Shown here: positions 60,711 through 64,000 of the stretch, one piece after another
Numbering within the stretch: the stretch's first letter is position 1
Layout: each line of letters starts with the position of its first letter
Source: Flavobacteriales bacterium
GTDB lineage: Bacteria; Bacteroidota; Bacteroidia; Flavobacteriales_E; Vicingaceae
Direction of reading: 5' to 3'
DNA length: 64,000 nt
Assembly: GCA_037624665.1 (NCBI GenBank)
Contig: JASJIW010000062.1
Coordinates: 2,632 to 66,631, forward strand
Program-made: the position numbers and the translations under genes
Notes under the pieces: generated by a model
The model's database searches: none
What the model saw: the letters and a program-made list of their open reading frames with translations, nothing else
What the model was told of the DNA's origin: nothing

Positions 60711-63494
60711 ATGGAATCAATGATGATTTATATGCCAATAGTAATGGCAATTTTAGGCCTTATCTACATGGTAATTAAGAAAGGCTGGGTAATGAAACAA
60801 GACGCAGGTGATGGTAAAATGAAAGAAATTTCTGACCACATTTACGAAGGAGCTTTAGCTTTCTTAAAAGCTGAATACAGATTACTAGCAATGTTCGTAG
60901 TTGGAGCAAGTATTGTTTTAGCTGGTGTTGCTTTTTATATGGATAGTACTTACTTAATTGTAGTAGCGTTTATTATTGGAGCTATATTTTCTGCATTTGC
61001 AGGAAACATGGGAATGAAAATCGCAACTAAAACAAATGTTAGAACAACACAAGCTGCAAAAACTAGTTTACCAAATGCATTAAAAGTTTCTTTTGGTGGC
61101 GGTACTGTTATGGGACTTGGAGTTGCTGGTTTAGCAGTTTTAGGCTTAACGGCATTCTTTATATTTTTCTTTCACTATTTTATGGATGGTGTTTGGGATG
61201 CAGAGACAGGAACTGCTAAAATGACTGTTGTTTTAGAAGCATTAGCTGGTTTCTCTTTAGGAGCTGAATCTATTGCATTATTCGCAAGAGTTGGTGGTGG
61301 TATTTATACTAAAGCTGCTGATGTTGGTGCTGATTTAGCTGGTAAAGTACAAGCTGATATTCCTGAGGATGATCCAAGAAACCCAGCAACAATTGCTGAT
61401 AATGTTGGTGATAATGTTGGTGATGTTGCAGGTATGGGAGCAGATTTATTTGGTTCTTATGTAGCAACAGTTTTAGCTGCTATGGTTTTAGGTAACTATG
61501 TTATCGAAGATATGGGTGGAGCAATCCAAGATGCTTTTGGCGGAATAGGACCTATATTATTACCAATGTCAATTGCTGGTGTAGGAATTATCATTTCTCT
61601 TATCGGAACGTTATTGGTTAAAATTTCATCTAACGATGCAAAAGAAGCTGACGTACAAAAAGCATTAAACATTGGAAACTGGGCATCAATCTTAATGGTT
61701 GCTGCTGCATGTTTCGGATTAGTAACTTGGATGTTACCAGAAACAATGCAAATGAACTTCTTCGGAGAAGGTCTTCAAGATATTTCTTCAATGAGAGTAT
61801 TTTATGCTTGTTTAGTTGGTTTAGTTGTTGGTGCTGGAATCTCAGCATTTACTGAATATTATACAGGATTAGGTTCTAAACCGATCTTAAAAATTGTACA
61901 ACAATCATCTACTGGAGCAGGAACAAATATTATTGCTGGTTTAGCTACTGGTATGATTTCTACGTTTTCTTCTGTATTATTATTTGCTGCTGCAATATGG
62001 TCTTCATATGCTTTAGCTGGATTTTACGGAGTTGCTTTAGCAGCTTCTGCAATGATGGCAACAACTGCTATGCAATTAGCGATTGATGCTTTTGGACCAA
62101 TTGCTGATAATGCTGGTGGTATTGCTGAAATGAGTAAACAAGATCCTATCGTTAGAGAAAGAACTGATATTTTAGATGCTGTTGGTAATACAACTGCTGC
62201 AACTGGTAAAGGTTTTGCTATTGCATCTGCTGCATTAACTTCATTAGCTTTATTTGCTGCTTATGTAACATTTACTGGTATTGATGGAATTAACATCTTT
62301 AAAGCTCCTGTCTTAGCAATGTTATTTGTTGGTGGTATGGTTCCCGTAGTATTCTCTGCATTAGCGATGAATGCTGTTGGTAAAGCTGCAATGGAAATGG
62401 TAAACGAAGTGGTAAGACAGTTTAAAGAAATTCCAGGAATTATGGAAGGAACTGGAAAACCAGAATATGATAAATGTGTTGAAATTTCTACAAACGCATC
62501 TTTAAAAGAAATGATGTTACCAGGAATCTTAACTATTGGTTTTCCAATAGCTGTTGTGTTAGTTGGTAAACTTTTTTACATGGACAACAACATGTTAGTT
62601 GCTGAAATGTTAGGTGGTTACATGGCTGGTGTTACTGTAAGTGGTGTACTTTGGGCAATCTTCCAAAACAACGCTGGTGGCGCATGGGATAATGCTAAAA
62701 AATCTTTCGAAGCAGGTGTTGAAATTAATGGTGTAATGACTTACAAAGGTTCTGAAGCTCACAAAGCTGCAGTAACTGGAGATACAGTTGGAGATCCTTT
62801 TAAAGATACTTCTGGACCGTCAATGAATATCTTAATTAAATTAACATGTTTAATTGGTTTAGTTATCGCTCCAATATTAGGAAACCATGCTTCTTCTGAT
62901 GCACATGCAAATGGAACGACAACTCCTACTGAAGAAGTTATGACAACAGAAGCTGTTGTTAATCCGGTAGAAACTTCAAATCTTATTCAATGGACAGGCA
63001 GAAAAGTTGGCGGTTCCCATATGGGAACATTAGCTATTTCAGAATCTACAGTTAAAGTAGAAGAAGGAAATGTTACTGGACAATTAACTATTGATATGAA
63101 CTCTATTGTTTGTACTGATATAGAACCAGGTGAGAAAAATGACAAATTAATTGGACATTTAAGAGCTGCTGATTTCTTTGCAATTGATTCTATTCCTAAA
63201 GCGAGTTTCGTTATTACTGCGTCTGTTAAAGATGAAGAAAATGAAAACTACTATAAGGTTACCGGAGATCTAACAATTAGAGGAGTAAGTAACCCTATCG
63301 AATTTCCTGCAATGGTTTATAGTGCAGATGGTCAAACAAAAATAAAAGCTAATTTTGCATTTGATAGAACAGCTTATGGAATTGAATATGGATCTAAATC
63401 TATGATTGGTAAGTTAGCAGGCAAGTTTATTTATGATGAAATTGAATTATCATTAAAAGGAATCTTTGAATCAAAGAAAACTATTGCAGAATAA
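60711..63494 (+). CDS. hppA: membrane-bound (K+-dependent-type) pyrophosphatase fused to a C-terminal YceI-like domain
   Basis: PPase motifs [66 protein letters not shown]. From about residue 756 (nt 62976): [17 protein letters not shown]...[12 protein letters not shown]...[16 protein letters not shown]...FDRTAYGI, a YceI-like pattern. Confidence 0.9.
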   Translation: MESMMIYMPIVMAILGLIYMVIKKGWVMKQDAGDGKMKEISDHIYEGALAFLKAEYRLLAMFVVGASIVLAGVAFYMDSTYLIVVAFIIGAIFSAFAGNMGMKIATKTNVRTTQAAKTSLPNALKVSFGGGTVMGLGVAGLAVLGLTAFFIFFFHYFMDGVWDAETGTAKMTVVLEALAGFSLGAESIALFARVGGGIYTKAADVGADLAGKVQADIPEDDPRNPATIADNVGDNVGDVAGMGADLFGSYVATVLAAMVLGNYVIEDMGGAIQDAFGGIGPILLPMSIAGVGIIISLIGTLLVKISSNDAKEADVQKALNIGNWASILMVAAACFGLVTWMLPETMQMNFFGEGLQDISSMRVFYACLVGLVVGAGISAFTEYYTGLGSKPILKIVQQSSTGAGTNIIAGLATGMISTFSSVLLFAAAIWSSYALAGFYGVALAASAMMATTAMQLAIDAFGPIADNAGGIAEMSKQDPIVRERTDILDAVGNTTAATGKGFAIASAALTSLALFAAYVTFTGIDGINIFKAPVLAMLFVGGMVPVVFSALAMNAVGKAAMEMVNEVVRQFKEIPGIMEGTGKPEYDKCVEISTNASLKEMMLPGILTIGFPIAVVLVGKLFYMDNNMLVAEMLGGYMAGVTVSGVLWAIFQNNAGGAWDNAKKSFEAGVEINGVMTYKGSEAHKAAVTGDTVGDPFKDTSGPSMNILIKLTCLIGLVIAPILGNHASSDAHANGTTTPTEEVMTTEAVVNPVETSNLIQWTGRKVGGSHMGTLAISESTVKVEEGNVTGQLTIDMNSIVCTDIEPGEKNDKLIGHLRAADFFAIDSIPKASFVITASVKDEENENYYKVTGDLTIRGVSNPIEFPAMVYSADGQTKIKANFAFDRTAYGIEYGSKSMIGKLAGKFIYDEIELSLKGIFESKKTIAE

Positions 63495-63516
63495 ATAGAA
63501 TCAAACAACTATAATT

Positions 63517-63549
63517 AAAAGGCTATCATTTATTTGATAGCCTTTTTTT
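63517..63549 (+). terminator. rho-independent terminator after hppA
   Basis: aaaaggctatc-atttattt-gatagccttttttt. Confidence 0.8.
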
Positions 63550-64000
63550 ATATCTCATTTTTTTTATTCCCACACAGGCAGAAACCTAGTCGAATACTTT
63601 ACCAAAAGGAGCTTACTCACAAAAATATACTCTTTCCCTGCACTTCGAGTTCCTCAGTATAAACTCTAGGAAGAATCCAGTTACAGGAGATCAATCAAAC
63701 AATACACACATTAAACATTTTGGACCGTCTAGTTCCCCGTCTGCAAAGGAAAAAGTAATACAGCGAAAAAACTCATTAAAATAGAGCACCTAAAAATTCA
63801 TCAATACTTACTAAAAATCAAGCTAATCAACTTTACTTCGCCAATATTACCTTATTAAATAAATATTATTTTTTACCGTAAAATGACACATTTAACCGAT
63901 AAATAACCGCTACACACCTCTTAAATTAGGGGAATAGAGTTATCAACACCCTGTTCATAACTATTAACAATTGTTAATAAATAAAAAAAAAATTGTTTTG

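Noticed and set aside
63940-64000. DnaA-box-like gttatcaacac and an AT-rich tract as a replication origin
   Set aside because: There is a single imperfect box, no cluster, and no dnaA or dnaN nearby in the window.

Overview
Low-GC chromosomal segment whose gene content looks like the core genome of a Flavobacteriia (Bacteroidota) member. Supporting markers are T9SS C-terminal sorting domains, GWxTD, DUF4834, DUF4159, a tmRNA with a GENNYAMAA tag, a short ATP synthase epsilon subunit, and pdhB unlinked from pdhA/E2. About 65 protein genes are densely packed, and most are housekeeping: wecB, carB, rpmH, rmuC, mutS, sppA, rsmE, the PDH complex, cdd, rluD, folA/folE/folK, ribF, atpDC, hemJ/hemH and smpB/ssrA. 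I saw no rRNA, canonical tRNA, CRISPR array, transposase, integrase or prophage genes. Two genes shorter than the ORF-track cutoff were found by hand: rpmH (14118-14276) and a 42-aa four-Cys DUF2256-type gene (6836-6964). Five regions stand out. (1) A six-gene overlapping light-response operon (5343-10452, minus strand) holds three different cryptochrome/photolyase-family proteins, one with inverted domain order and one FeS-BCP/CryPro-like protein that lacks the C-terminal cluster cysteines. It also contains a flavin reductase and two small conserved proteins, and is flanked by pterin-synthesis and oxidative-stress genes. (2) A four-gene translationally coupled cluster (33226-36062) encodes a lipoprotein, a VTC (polyphosphate-polymerase-like tunnel) domain, the DUF4956 membrane protein and the DUF2490 putative outer-membrane barrel; no function has been shown for it in bacteria. 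(3) A membrane pyrophosphatase carries a C-terminal YceI-like domain. (4) A MauE/DoxX-thioredoxin fusion lies next to two tandem Cys-rich mini-lipoproteins. (5) A DtxR/MntR-ZIP-TonB receptor metal locus has a DtxR-box-like palindrome. All family assignments rest on motif recognition by eye; no searches were run.
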